Assembly: GCA_964599615.1 (NCBI GenBank)
Contig: CAZRGF010000004.1
Coordinates: 3,810-67,809 of the forward strand
DNA from: Candidatus Woesearchaeota archaeon
GTDB taxonomy: Archaea; Nanobdellota; Nanobdellia; Pacearchaeales; UBA284
DNA: 64,000 nucleotides
Direction of reading: 5' to 3'
In this document: positions 1-10,112 of the stretch, one piece after another
Layout of the letters: each line of letters opens with the position of its first letter
Numbering within the stretch: position 1 is the first letter of the stretch
Translations under genes and position numbers: made by a program
Notes under the pieces: generated by a model
The model's database searches: none
Told to the model about the DNA's origin: nothing
The model's input: only the letters and a program-made list of their open reading frames with translations

Positions 1-1113
1 AAATTAGCAAAAAAATCAGGTTGCATAATCGTGACCGGAGGGCCACATATCTCTTCACTTGGTGCAAAAGAAGTTGAAAAAGAATGCAAAGAAATAGACT
101 ACCTCTTTGTAAAAGAATCTGAAGAGACTTTTAGGGATTTCTTAAAAGGAAAAATAAAAAAGAAAGTGATAGATGCTGGCAAGTTTATTGAAGACATTGA
201 CAAACTGCCTTTTCCTGATAGAAGTGCTTATTTATCTGGAAAATGGGCTTATGATTCAAATTATGTCAAATTGCCGATACACATCCTTATTTCTTCTAGG
301 GGATGTCCATACTGCTGCAATTTTTGTTTTAAAGACACCTTTGGAGTAAGATATAGGCAAAGAAGCATTCAAAATGTTCTTGATGAATGTAAAGAGATTA
401 TGAAATTAGGAGGAAAAGAGCTTTATTTTATAGATGATTTATTTGCATTTGATAAAAAATGGGTGATAGAATTATGTAAAGAAAAGATAAGGCAAGGGAT
501 TAATCTTCCTTTCAAGTGCCTTGGAAGAGTTGACAGACTAGATGAAGAGACCTTGAGATGGTTAAAAAAAGCAGGATGTCATACAATTGCAGTTGGAATA
601 GAAAGTGGCGATCAAGAGATGGTGAATTGGATAAGAAAAGGCATTAACTTGAAGGACGTTAAGCCAAAAGTTGATTTGATGCACAAATGTGGCATAAATG
701 TTGAATCTTATTTCATAATCGGGCACAGGATTGATACAAAAGAGACAATTGAAAAGACAATAAGATTTGCAAGATATATTAACACTGATTTTCCAAGATT
801 TTTCATTTTCTCCCCCTATCCGGGAAGCGAGGTTTGGAAAAACCTTCCAGAAAATCTTAAAGAAAAATACTGGTTAAGGGGCATAGAATCAGATTTGAGG
901 AGTACTGAACCTGTTTCAATCTGCGAACTCAAACCAGAAGAACTAGTCGAATATTGGCATACTGCACATGATGTTGCTTATTCTAATCCAAAATATTTCT
1001 TTAATATAACACGTTCTTTTTTTGACAATCCATTTAACAGGATTTGGGTCAAAAAAACAATAAACTTCGTCGGTGGCGGGATTCTTAAGATGCATAGAAG
1101 GATTTACAAATAG
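1..1113 (+). CDS. B12-binding radical SAM protein (5'-truncated by window)
   Basis: GGPH B12-binding motif, SSRGCPYCCNFC (CxxxCxxC), YFIDD, GIESG; frame is open back to base 1. Confidence 0.85.
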   Translation, partial: KLAKKSGCIIVTGGPHISSLGAKEVEKECKEIDYLFVKESEETFRDFLKGKIKKKVIDAGKFIEDIDKLPFPDRSAYLSGKWAYDSNYVKLPIHILISSRGCPYCCNFCFKDTFGVRYRQRSIQNVLDECKEIMKLGGKELYFIDDLFAFDKKWVIELCKEKIRQGINLPFKCLGRVDRLDEETLRWLKKAGCHTIAVGIESGDQEMVNWIRKGINLKDVKPKVDLMHKCGINVESYFIIGHRIDTKETIEKTIRFARYINTDFPRFFIFSPYPGSEVWKNLPENLKEKYWLRGIESDLRSTEPVSICELKPEELVEYWHTAHDVAYSNPKYFFNITRSFFDNPFNRIWVKKTINFVGGGILKMHRRIYK

Positions 1114-1180
1114 ATTTGATTAGCAAGAAACTACCTCCAAGCATACTGATATCTATGGCTTTAGTTCAAAGAAGGCCATT

Positions 1181-1981
1181 TTAATAAGCTAAAAAGTTTT
1201 CGGGGTCAATTTCTTTGAATTCATATTTAAATGGTTTCAAGACTTTTTTCACTTTTTCAAGTTTTTCTTTATTCCATGCTTCAAATATTATTTTTGGGTG
1301 ACTTTTTTTTAATATCTTCTTTGCACCCATTAGAACAGTTGCTTCAGCTCCTTCCACATCAACCTTTATCAAGTTAACTTTTTCTATTTTTTGTCTTTTC
1401 ACTATATTGTCTAATTTCTCGGTTTTTACCCGGATACTTCTTACACCCATTTTTGGAAAATTATCCCCTTTGATTATCGAATGGCCCCCGGTATCAGCTT
1501 CATCAAGATAAAGGTCTAGATACCCCTTTGAATCAGAACAAGCAGCATTTACTACAACCACATTATCTAATTTATTTAATTCAATATTTTTAGTCAAAAT
1601 TTTAAAATTTTTAGGATGGGGTTCTATTGAAATAACTTTGATTTTTTCTCTTGATCTTCTTCCCAAAATGATTGAAAACTTCCCAATATTAGCTCCAATA
1701 TCAATAAAAACACCTTCCCCTAAATCAAAATAAGGCCTTGATTCTAGTTCATAAAATGAACTTCCTGCCCATACTGTAAGCATATTATTCCCGCAAAAGA
1801 ATATACCATCTCTATTTTTTAGAGTGACGTTTCCTGAAAGCTTATGGCTATATGTTTTTCCCAATTTTCTCTTTAAAAAGTATAATGGGGCTTTAGATAG
1901 ATGTGTTAGAATAATCCACCTATCATTTAACCTTCTGCCCTCACCAACTAATTTAAAAAATTTATTTAGTTTACTAACCAT
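1181..1981 (-). CDS. FkbM-family methyltransferase
   Basis: FIDIGANIG, IEP, IKVDVEGAE motifs. Confidence 0.9.
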   Translation of the reverse strand: MVSKLNKFFKLVGEGRRLNDRWIILTHLSKAPLYFLKRKLGKTYSHKLSGNVTLKNRDGIFFCGNNMLTVWAGSSFYELESRPYFDLGEGVFIDIGANIGKFSIILGRRSREKIKVISIEPHPKNFKILTKNIELNKLDNVVVVNAACSDSKGYLDLYLDEADTGGHSIIKGDNFPKMGVRSIRVKTEKLDNIVKRQKIEKVNLIKVDVEGAEATVLMGAKKILKKSHPKIIFEAWNKEKLEKVKKVLKPFKYEFKEIDPENFLAY

Positions 1982-2166
1982 TTTTTAGATTATCCTAAAC
2001 TTTTATTATCCCCTCTGCGTTCTTATTTCAAACAAATTTCTCAACCTTTTTAAAGTTTACTGGGATTAATCTCTTTCTTAAACGCAGGTTATTTTTAGTT
2101 AAAAAACAATTCTTTTAAGGTTATGTAATTTATTTAAAGAATTTTCTTTCCAGATTAAAAAATGTT

Positions 2167-3108
2167 CTATCGCTTCTTGAATAATCCCACAATTCCGCCA
2201 AATGCATGGGCATAGAACAATAAGACCATTATCATCCCACCGTAAAATAAAAAATTGAATTTTTTAGTTCTCTTGTAAATCTGCCAGCCTTCTTTGAGGA
2301 ATATCACTAAAAGAGAAAGGAATAAACCTATTAAAAACCATGGAGACATGATTAAGAATAGTATCATCAGAAATTGGAAGATTATGACTAAAAATTCTAG
2401 AATATAAATCTTCCTTTTGAAAACAATGCCTATTTGCCCATCAGAAACTGAATCTGAATAAGCTAGTCTCAGATAAGATTTTAGATTATCTCTGGCACGC
2501 CAAAAGACAGTAGCATCTTTTGCATAGTAATACCTAAAACCCCTTTTTTTAGCCCGCATATGCATGATAGTATCATCTGCTCTGTCAATCTGTTCTGGAA
2601 ATTTTCCAAGTTCTTTCCATTTAGATAATCTGAATGCGAGTTGCCTGTTTGAAGGCAGAAAGTTTTCCCAGTCTTTGGCTGAAAATTTGTCAAAATCAGG
2701 GAATCTTGAAGCAATTATCTCTTCTATTTTCTTATTTGGGGTCTCTGCATAATATCTTCCTATGACAATGTCTGCTCCTGATTTGAAGCCTACAAGCATT
2801 TTTTTTATCCAATCTTTTTCAAATCTTGTCCCCAAATCTCCTGAAAACAAGAAGTCCCCTTTTGCTTCTTCAATATATTTATTCCTGCCTTTGGCGATAT
2901 TTGCCCCAGGCAATATGAATAATTTTATCTTTATTTTTGATTTTTTTTGATAGTCTTGGATTATTTTTACAGTATTGTCTCTTGAACCACCATCAACTAT
3001 TATTATCTCATCTGGTTTTACACTCTGGTTTAGTATGGAGTCTAAAAAACTAGCTATGCTTTTTTCTTCATTGAACAAAGTGCATGCAAAAGTTATTTTT
3101 TCTTTCAT
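2167..3108 (-). CDS. Glycosyltransferase family 2
   Basis: FNEE, EIIIVDGGSRD, GRN, C-terminal TM helices; start taken at MKEKITF (3108). Confidence 0.9.
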   Translation of the reverse strand: MKEKITFACTLFNEEKSIASFLDSILNQSVKPDEIIIVDGGSRDNTVKIIQDYQKKSKIKIKLFILPGANIAKGRNKYIEEAKGDFLFSGDLGTRFEKDWIKKMLVGFKSGADIVIGRYYAETPNKKIEEIIASRFPDFDKFSAKDWENFLPSNRQLAFRLSKWKELGKFPEQIDRADDTIMHMRAKKRGFRYYYAKDATVFWRARDNLKSYLRLAYSDSVSDGQIGIVFKRKIYILEFLVIIFQFLMILFLIMSPWFLIGLFLSLLVIFLKEGWQIYKRTKKFNFLFYGGMIMVLLFYAHAFGGIVGLFKKR

Positions 3109-3350
3109 CTTATAGATGGCAAGAGCCATCCTCCAACTTTAAGTATCGACTTTGCCAGCTATAAGTGTAAAGTATTTTGATTTGATTGATTGTTTTCAGA
3201 GAGTTCTTAAGAAAATTAGGTAAAGAATGACAGTCTATTAATACGTCTCTCGCATTTGGCAAAGTTAAGTTAAATATGGAGCATAATCCTAAATACCTAG
3301 CAACTGCGCCTTCACTTTTCATTGACTTGTTTTTTACATCATAGACCACG
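3109..3350 (-). mobile_element. Composite repeat: family-2 element with a family-1 element nested inside
   Basis: Flanks match 40002-40126 (CCATCCTCCAACTTTAAGT identical; TAGCAACTGCGC..CTTTTCATT); insert 3144-3271 bounded by GACTTTGCCA/TGGCAAAGTT. Confidence 0.7.
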
Positions 3351-3354
3351 GATT

Positions 3355-4476
3355 TCATTTGATAGCTTCCCTGTATATCCTTTTTAATTTTTCATGTCTT
3401 TCTTTTAAAGAGAATTTTCCCTCACTAGTCACCTTTATTCCATAATTGCTCATTTTTTTTCTTAAAGAATTGTTCTCAATCAATAGAGAAGTCTTTTTTA
3501 TCATCTCCTTTATCATCAACGGTTCCTGAGAGATATGTGGGATTGCCTCATCCCAGATTATCCTTGGTTTCTTTATCACAAATCCGTCTTTTTCATTTTC
3601 AACAATGTCTTTTCTGGCAAAACCATCTACTGTGACTATGGGCAAGCCAAAAGCCAATGCTTCGACTAAAACAAAACCAAAAGTATCTGAGAATCCAGGA
3701 TAGACAAAAATATCGCTTTTTGGATAGATTTCTTTCATTATCTTTTCTAAAGGCATTAGACTATGAAATTCTATTTTTTTGTTTTTTTCATATTTTTTTA
3801 AGAGATTTCCAGGAGTTTGAGAGAGAAAAATCGCCTTGACATTATCATACTTCTTTGTTAATGCATCTATCACAATAAGGGCTTGCTTTCCTCCTTTTTG
3901 ATGGAAGTATCTGCCAGAAAAAAACAAGTTTATTCCCTCGTGTTTTATTCTCTTTATTTTTGGGCTAGGGATTGCATAGGTTACAATCTCCGTCTTTTTC
4001 TCAATTTCTCTGTCTTTTAAGTTATTAAAAATTGTTTCTTTAGCAGAATTTGTCCAAGGCATTATCTTTTTGCAATAATCTCCTTTTAACAACTTTTTTA
4101 TCCTTTTTTTGCCAATAGCAGAGTAAGAGATAGGTCCGCTTGAGGCGAAATTCCAATAATGTTCTGTATCAACCACCCAAGGTTTTTTATTCAAGCTCAG
4201 ACAATGTGCGCAGTGTATTAGGTCACAATCTTTATTTTTTGTGTAGGTGATATTTGGGACTTTTGCAACTGCCAATATCTTCCTTAAACTTGTTTTTAAT
4301 GCAAGCATTCTTTTAAATGTTTTAGGAGAATTTATCCCCACAAATTTTTGTTTATTTGCGTTTATATAACTGATATTTTTTGGGGGATAGTTTAGCATAG
4401 AGTTGTAATAACTGCTGTCTGGAAATTTCCAGGGATATTGCAGATAAACTTTGATTTGTTTTTTATTTTCAACCAT
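3355..4476 (-). CDS. Glycosyltransferase family 4 (GT-B)
   Basis: DIFVYPGFSDTFGFVLVEALAFGLPIV signature. Confidence 0.9.
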   Translation of the reverse strand: MVENKKQIKVYLQYPWKFPDSSYYNSMLNYPPKNISYINANKQKFVGINSPKTFKRMLALKTSLRKILAVAKVPNITYTKNKDCDLIHCAHCLSLNKKPWVVDTEHYWNFASSGPISYSAIGKKRIKKLLKGDYCKKIMPWTNSAKETIFNNLKDREIEKKTEIVTYAIPSPKIKRIKHEGINLFFSGRYFHQKGGKQALIVIDALTKKYDNVKAIFLSQTPGNLLKKYEKNKKIEFHSLMPLEKIMKEIYPKSDIFVYPGFSDTFGFVLVEALAFGLPIVTVDGFARKDIVENEKDGFVIKKPRIIWDEAIPHISQEPLMIKEMIKKTSLLIENNSLRKKMSNYGIKVTSEGKFSLKERHEKLKRIYREAIK

Positions 4477-5026
4477 TTTTTATCACCCTTATTTTGTATT
4501 CTATTTCACAAGCAGGAAAAATCCACGCATAAAATCTGCAATAAAAAGCCTGGCTTAGATTCAACAGAGGGTCAAAAAGCCAATTTAAGAATTTTAATCT
4601 TCCAACGGCAAAATGTATCCTTACTTTTTGCACTTTTAGATTAAGTTCATCATTTTTTTTAACTTCATGTGAATAATTGTTTTTGCCTTGAAAATAATTA
4701 AATGTAAAAGGTGTAAAAAATCTTACATGCGTAGGGTCATTGAATTGCCCCCAAGAAGAATAAAAAGGGACTTTAATCCACAAGATTCCATTATTCTTTG
4801 TTATCCGATGCATTTCCTCTAGTAAAGGAACTAAATTGATGATATGTTCCAAGGCATGAAATGCAATTATCATATCAAATTCTTCAGATTTAAATGGTAA
4901 TGGGGTTTTTTCCAGATTATGTACCATGTCTACACCAGGCAGTTTTGAAGAATCTAATCCTATAACCAGATTATCTTTTCCCGCATTATATTTGCTATTT
5001 CCACAACCAATATCTAAAATCTTCAT
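4469..5026 (-). CDS. SAM-dependent methyltransferase (type 11-like)
   Basis: ILDIGCG, HALEHI, DPTH motifs. Confidence 0.85.
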   Translation of the reverse strand: MKILDIGCGNSKYNAGKDNLVIGLDSSKLPGVDMVHNLEKTPLPFKSEEFDMIIAFHALEHIINLVPLLEEMHRITKNNGILWIKVPFYSSWGQFNDPTHVRFFTPFTFNYFQGKNNYSHEVKKNDELNLKVQKVRIHFAVGRLKFLNWLFDPLLNLSQAFYCRFYAWIFPACEIEYKIRVIKNG

Positions 5027-6147
5027 CTTAATATCTCCAAAATCCTTTTTGAGACCCCTTCTTTGCCATAAGGATTTTCAAAATTTTTGATTTCAATTTC
5101 ATTGTTCTCTATTTTTCTTATTATCTCTCTGGAGTATTTAACATTTAGTTTAGTTAAAAAATTTATCCCACTAGCTAATCCTTCTTGTCTTTCTGTTTTT
5201 TTCCTCAATAACAAGCAGGGTTTTTTGAATATCAGGCTTTCTTCTTGTATCGAGCCCCCATCAACAATAAGATACTTGCAGTTAGCTAGTAAGAAGATGA
5301 ATTTTTCATAGCTTTCCAAAGGAGTTAATGTCAGATTTTCCTGTTTTTTCAATTCTTCCATTAATCCATATTTTTCTAAAATCCGCCTAGTATTTTCATG
5401 CAACGGCCAGATTGCTTTGATATTGATGCTTTTTATTATCTCTACACATCTTTTCATCCTTTCTGGAGATTTCAGATTTTCGTGCCTATGCAGATTGATT
5501 AGGGCAAATTCTTCTTTCAGTTTTTTTAATTTTCCTTTTGATTCTTTTTTTGATTTTTCATAATTTATCATCGCAGAATCTAAGATTGTGTTTCCGACAT
5601 TGAAAATCTTTCCCCAGACAAAAAACCATCGCTCTTTTCTTAGGTTTCTTGCACTAAGCCCAGAAACAGCGAGCAATATATCTGAGAGCCTATCGGCAAC
5701 TTGTCTTACGATTTCTTCTGGAAAAGGTTCTGATAAAGAACCTGACCTTAAGCCAGATTCTAAATGGACGTTTTTCCATTTTTTAAAAGGATTTAATATC
5801 CAAGAAGAGCCAACAGCAGCAGAACCAGTGCTTATAGTATCCCCATGATAGACAACATATTTTGGCTTGATTCTCCTGATTGTTTTTCTTACCTTGAATA
5901 TCATTGATAAGTACCATTTCCAAGAACTCATTCCCTTATCTGAGCCTAATTTTGTTCCCTTCTCTGGTTCTTCACTTAAGACATAATCCGGTTTTTTGAT
6001 CTGAAAATTTTCACATGCTCTTCCAAGAGAATGCTGCCCAGTATGGATGAACCAGTAATCTTCTTTTCTTTCTTTTAATTCAAGCATCAAAGAAACACAT
6101 TTGATTAATTCAGCTTGAGTCCCAATAACAAAAGCGATTTTATTCAT
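5023..6147 (-). CDS. wecB: UDP-N-acetylglucosamine 2-epimerase (non-hydrolysing) family
   Basis: GTxAExIK, HTGQH, HGDT, HLESGLRS, FPEE, LHRHEN, DGGSIQEE, TERQEG. Confidence 0.85.
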   Translation of the reverse strand: MNKIAFVIGTQAELIKCVSLMLELKERKEDYWFIHTGQHSLGRACENFQIKKPDYVLSEEPEKGTKLGSDKGMSSWKWYLSMIFKVRKTIRRIKPKYVVYHGDTISTGSAAVGSSWILNPFKKWKNVHLESGLRSGSLSEPFPEEIVRQVADRLSDILLAVSGLSARNLRKERWFFVWGKIFNVGNTILDSAMINYEKSKKESKGKLKKLKEEFALINLHRHENLKSPERMKRCVEIIKSINIKAIWPLHENTRRILEKYGLMEELKKQENLTLTPLESYEKFIFLLANCKYLIVDGGSIQEESLIFKKPCLLLRKKTERQEGLASGINFLTKLNVKYSREIIRKIENNEIEIKNFENPYGKEGVSKRILEILR

Positions 6148-6183
6148 AAAAATATCAATCTTTAATGATTTTTAAATTTATAG

Positions 6184-6317
6184 ACTTGACTTTGCTAAGT
6201 CCCTGGCTATATGTGTAATAGTCTCCTTTTTGTTTATTTAAATCTCCCGAAACTCCAAAAACAGAACAACCAACAACAATAAAACATTATTAACACCTAT
6301 AGTTAACAAAGCCAGTT
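6184..6317 (-). repeat. Family-1 TIR-bounded repeat (degenerate)
   Basis: ACTTGACTTTGCT ... AACAAAGCCAGTT ends; TAACACCTATAG core. Confidence 0.6.
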
Positions 6318-7333
6318 TATAGAATATTAAAGAACAAGTTGATTAAAGTGAATAAAATCAATATTAATTCAAACACCAATAACAAATAAACCACATCTTT
6401 TTCATAAGCTTTTCCCTTCATCTTCTTTAAAATCCTTAAGGCAATGTGTGTCAGGCTGTAGTTCTTCTTATATCTTAATTCTAAACTATTGTCCCTATTG
6501 GGGATGGCAAAATTTTCAGCCTTGAATTTTGATCTTAATTTTAAGAATCCTTCGAGTATAAATGGGATAAACAAGAAAAATGCGACCTTCTCCATATTTC
6601 CTAAGATAGCAAAACAACCAACCAGGGCCCCAAGACTGTATGTTAAAGAATCTCCTGGAAATACTTTTGCAGGGAATTTATTGAATATCCAAAATCCAAT
6701 TAATGCGCATATAATAATTCCTGCTATCAAAGCAAGCCACAATTGTCCGGTAGTCAAGGATACAATCCCTAAAGCTAAGAATATCAAGATTCCAAGCCCA
6801 GATTCAAGGCCATTAAATCCTGCTAGTAGATTGTAGCCATTTGTTGTTCCAACCAGAGCAAGCGGGACAATAACCAAAGGGTAGATTATGCCAAAATTGA
6901 CTGGCCCTATAAATGGCAGGCTCATTATTGAATGCCCTGCATTGATGACTATCAGGGGGATAGCTACGGGAATTGTAATCAATATTTTTTTCCAACCTGC
7001 AATACCCTTTTTCCAGCCAAGAATGTCGTCTATAAATCCTATAAAACAAGCAAAGATAAATGTAATCAATAAAGTCAGTATTTCAATGATCTGTGTATTT
7101 GAATTCAGGATAAAAGTCTTGAAAAAGAGATAAATCATCAAAGAAGCAACAATTGCAACAACCACCGCAATTCCACCTGCTTCTGCGACCATCTTTTTTT
7201 CATACTTGTTCATATCTTTGCCTACAAGTTGATTTGCACGAGCTAGTTTTATCCATTTTTTACAAAGAACAAAAGACACAAAAAAGCCTACTAAAAAAGT
7301 TACAATTATTGTTAGAATCTCCAACCATATCAT
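6317..7333 (-). CDS. aglH: UDP-GlcNAc:dolichyl-phosphate GlcNAc-1-P transferase (MraY/AglH-like)
   Basis: GKDMNK, EAGG, GFIDD, NLLAGFNGLE, PAKVFPGD; multi-TM. Confidence 0.85.
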   Translation of the reverse strand: MIWLEILTIIVTFLVGFFVSFVLCKKWIKLARANQLVGKDMNKYEKKMVAEAGGIAVVVAIVASLMIYLFFKTFILNSNTQIIEILTLLITFIFACFIGFIDDILGWKKGIAGWKKILITIPVAIPLIVINAGHSIMSLPFIGPVNFGIIYPLVIVPLALVGTTNGYNLLAGFNGLESGLGILIFLALGIVSLTTGQLWLALIAGIIICALIGFWIFNKFPAKVFPGDSLTYSLGALVGCFAILGNMEKVAFFLFIPFILEGFLKLRSKFKAENFAIPNRDNSLELRYKKNYSLTHIALRILKKMKGKAYEKDVVYLLLVFELILILFTLINLFFNIL

Positions 7334-7334
7334 T

Positions 7335-10106
7335 TTATGTTCCTAAATAATCTAATTCACCCCATAATCCTTCTGGGTTAACTGTTTTTCGGTATTCTGG
7401 ATAATCAGTGATATTCTCTGGATAATTTACTTTCCAGATTTTTATAGGCCCTTGAAAGTCTCCAGCGATGACAAAGTCACCCACAGTTATATTGTAAACA
7501 TCTTTTAATTGTTTCACAAATAAAGAAGGTTCAGTATGGACTAATTCAAAATTTTCAGTCTCATTTAATAGATAAAGTTTGACAAATTCTGCATTAAGAG
7601 CTTTTTCGCTCAAGTATAATACAGCACCCATCTTGTTCACACCATAGTTATTCAGTGTTGGTATAAAATATAACATTGTAGACAGAGCATCTTCAGATGT
7701 TGTTAAAGTACGTCTCTTGTTGTCCAACCAAAGATATTTTACAGGGATTCTATATTGCTGGTTTTTATAGATGACAATAGCATCCAAACCATTTATCACC
7801 TGGGTATCTTTTTCAACAGTCATAATAAAAGCACCTATCCCTGCTTTTTGTGCTGGGAATAATTGTCCTTTCCATAATACATCTTGATCAAGCATTGTTC
7901 CTCCAGTGTAGACATACATTGTTTCATTCTTTGTTTCTTGTGTCTGTGAGTCAGCTAAAACAAAAGTAGAAATCCAGCTTAATCTGTCTTGTCCTGTTTT
8001 ATCTGAGCCGATGCTTGCGAAAGCAGAATATTTTCCAATATCACTTGAATCAATCAAATAATAAGACACATTATATGCTTTGCATAATTGCAGGGCTGTT
8101 TGCTCATGTTGTGCAGTCATTAGGTATCTTGCAGTGGTATGGTCCCAATAACCATTCCAATGCCCACCGTCTGTTACAGTTGGTCTTTCTCCCAAGGTCT
8201 GTAACCAATATCCATAATCCCACCAATGGACAAAGATAGAATCTTTTGGAGTTTCTGTTCTTACCCAGGACATTGCTTTTTGCCATTGGTTATAATAGGC
8301 ACTATTAACAGTATATTGCGCTTGTTGATATGTTGATTTTTCAAAATTCACAAAAGTTATGACCATCAAGACAGCTATTAACAAAACAATACAGAACAAC
8401 AAGACTTTGTATAAATTCTCTTTTGTTTTAAATGCATAATCTATAATCTTCACAGGTAAAAATGAAGAGAATATGATAAGGGCAGGGGAGATTATAAAAA
8501 ACAGTCTTATTGCTCCCCGCATAGAGATAATCATCCAAAATGAAAAAGCGATTATAAATAAATAAGAAAAATCAATTTTCTTGAAATCTTCTAGTGTTTT
8601 TTCATCTTTTTTGACATAAGCATAAACATACATTCCCAAGATGAATAAAACAAAGAGAATCAAGCCACCAAAGTATAATAAATCAGAAATAAAATTTTGC
8701 CCATTTAAGAAACTAGATGGAGATGTTCTTGAGAATATAAACGTAGCTAAGAAGATTATAAATATCACCATCAACCAGATTTTCTTTTTTTTATCAAAAT
8801 GTTTTATTGTCTCAAAGAATACTAACACAAGTCCAGCTAAGAAGAGCCAGAACAGCCAAGAGAAGCTTGCAATAGCTTGTGTAACATAGGGACTACTGTT
8901 TTCAGCAACAGTCAATCCAATTCTTCCTTCACCAAAAGGATGTAAAAGTCTTTCAGTTATCTGTGAAAAAGTTGAAGAAATAAAACCAGGGTTAATCAAC
9001 AATAAGAGGATAATCCCCAAAACAGCAGCTATGATAAGACTTATCAAGCCCTCAGGCAATTTTATCTTTTCTTTTATTTTTTTTAACTTAGTATTAAACA
9101 ATATCAAGTCTACTATTAAAATAAAGAAAATTATACACCCAAAACCAGTATCAGCAATTGAAATTAAGGTAGGAGTCAAACCCATTTTGATAATAGAAAA
9201 GATCAATGCAGGAATGATCCAACAAGCAAAGATGAGAAAATTTTTCTTCTTTTCTTTATTGAAGAAGAATATTAAAAAACTGGCTAATGAAAAAGTCATG
9301 AAAATATATCTGTAACCACCCCAAGTAAATACCATCAATCCAGTAAAAATTCCTGCAATTAAAGCAAAAGGAATCATCTTTTTGATTTTATCCTGTTTCC
9401 AGGCTAGTGCAATAAATAAAAAACCAAGCCAGAACCATAACATACCCAGACTTTCAATTTCAGGAATTCCTGCAACAGTCCTATGCAACATTTCAGGCAT
9501 TACAATATAAAAGGCACTTGCGAGTATAGCAATAATAGCAGATATCTTTTTAGACATCTTAAACGAAAAGATTACAAATATCAAGAAAAAGAAGGCGATT
9601 GTGCTCAAACTGAAGAATATGACTGGAGCGATTATTGCAGCGAATTCTACGCTGGCTATTGGGGGTTTTGTGAATAGGTTCAATATTTTGTAAACCCCGA
9701 CAATTGACCAAGGCATCAGGCTTTTTGTAGCATAATTCGTATTCCCTAAGGGAGCTTGGATCATAGGATCTGGATTTTTCAGAGTTCCGGCAACAATATC
9801 TTTTGCAAGCCTTAGATACAGAAAAGGATCAAGATCTGGTCCTAAAGTGTAATTTCCAGTAGTAGGGTCTATCAGTTTTGGGATATTTGGTGTTCTGAGA
9901 TAAACATTGAAGATGACTAATACTATCAGTAAAACAGCAATTAAAACCCCAAACCAATATTTTTTAAAAAAACCAGAGAAATCAGTATTTTTCTTATTAA
10001 TCTTTGGTTCGATTTTAGGAGTATCAACTACCGGTTTTTCTTCATGTTTCTCTTGTTTTATTTCATCTTCCTTTTTTGCAGAATTATCAATTATCTCTTC
10101 ATCCAT
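7335..10106 (-). CDS. aglB: Oligosaccharyltransferase AglB (STT3)
   Basis: WWDYG motif, DxxK (DIGK), TVAE, DLDPF; many TM helices. Confidence 0.95.
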   Translation of the reverse strand: MDEEIIDNSAKKEDEIKQEKHEEKPVVDTPKIEPKINKKNTDFSGFFKKYWFGVLIAVLLIVLVIFNVYLRTPNIPKLIDPTTGNYTLGPDLDPFLYLRLAKDIVAGTLKNPDPMIQAPLGNTNYATKSLMPWSIVGVYKILNLFTKPPIASVEFAAIIAPVIFFSLSTIAFFFLIFVIFSFKMSKKISAIIAILASAFYIVMPEMLHRTVAGIPEIESLGMLWFWLGFLFIALAWKQDKIKKMIPFALIAGIFTGLMVFTWGGYRYIFMTFSLASFLIFFFNKEKKKNFLIFACWIIPALIFSIIKMGLTPTLISIADTGFGCIIFFILIVDLILFNTKLKKIKEKIKLPEGLISLIIAAVLGIILLLLINPGFISSTFSQITERLLHPFGEGRIGLTVAENSSPYVTQAIASFSWLFWLFLAGLVLVFFETIKHFDKKKKIWLMVIFIIFLATFIFSRTSPSSFLNGQNFISDLLYFGGLILFVLFILGMYVYAYVKKDEKTLEDFKKIDFSYLFIIAFSFWMIISMRGAIRLFFIISPALIIFSSFLPVKIIDYAFKTKENLYKVLLFCIVLLIAVLMVITFVNFEKSTYQQAQYTVNSAYYNQWQKAMSWVRTETPKDSIFVHWWDYGYWLQTLGERPTVTDGGHWNGYWDHTTARYLMTAQHEQTALQLCKAYNVSYYLIDSSDIGKYSAFASIGSDKTGQDRLSWISTFVLADSQTQETKNETMYVYTGGTMLDQDVLWKGQLFPAQKAGIGAFIMTVEKDTQVINGLDAIVIYKNQQYRIPVKYLWLDNKRRTLTTSEDALSTMLYFIPTLNNYGVNKMGAVLYLSEKALNAEFVKLYLLNETENFELVHTEPSLFVKQLKDVYNITVGDFVIAGDFQGPIKIWKVNYPENITDYPEYRKTVNPEGLWGELDYLGT

Positions 10107-10112
10107 TTTTCA

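Noticed and set aside
2014..2088. CTGCGTT...AACGCAG inverted repeat upstream of the FkbM gene
   Set aside because: Only 7 bp, single occurrence; cannot be assigned to a repeat family
3110..3358. 82-aa ORF between the glycosyltransferases
   Set aside because: Coincides with the nested repeat element; likely a chance open frame
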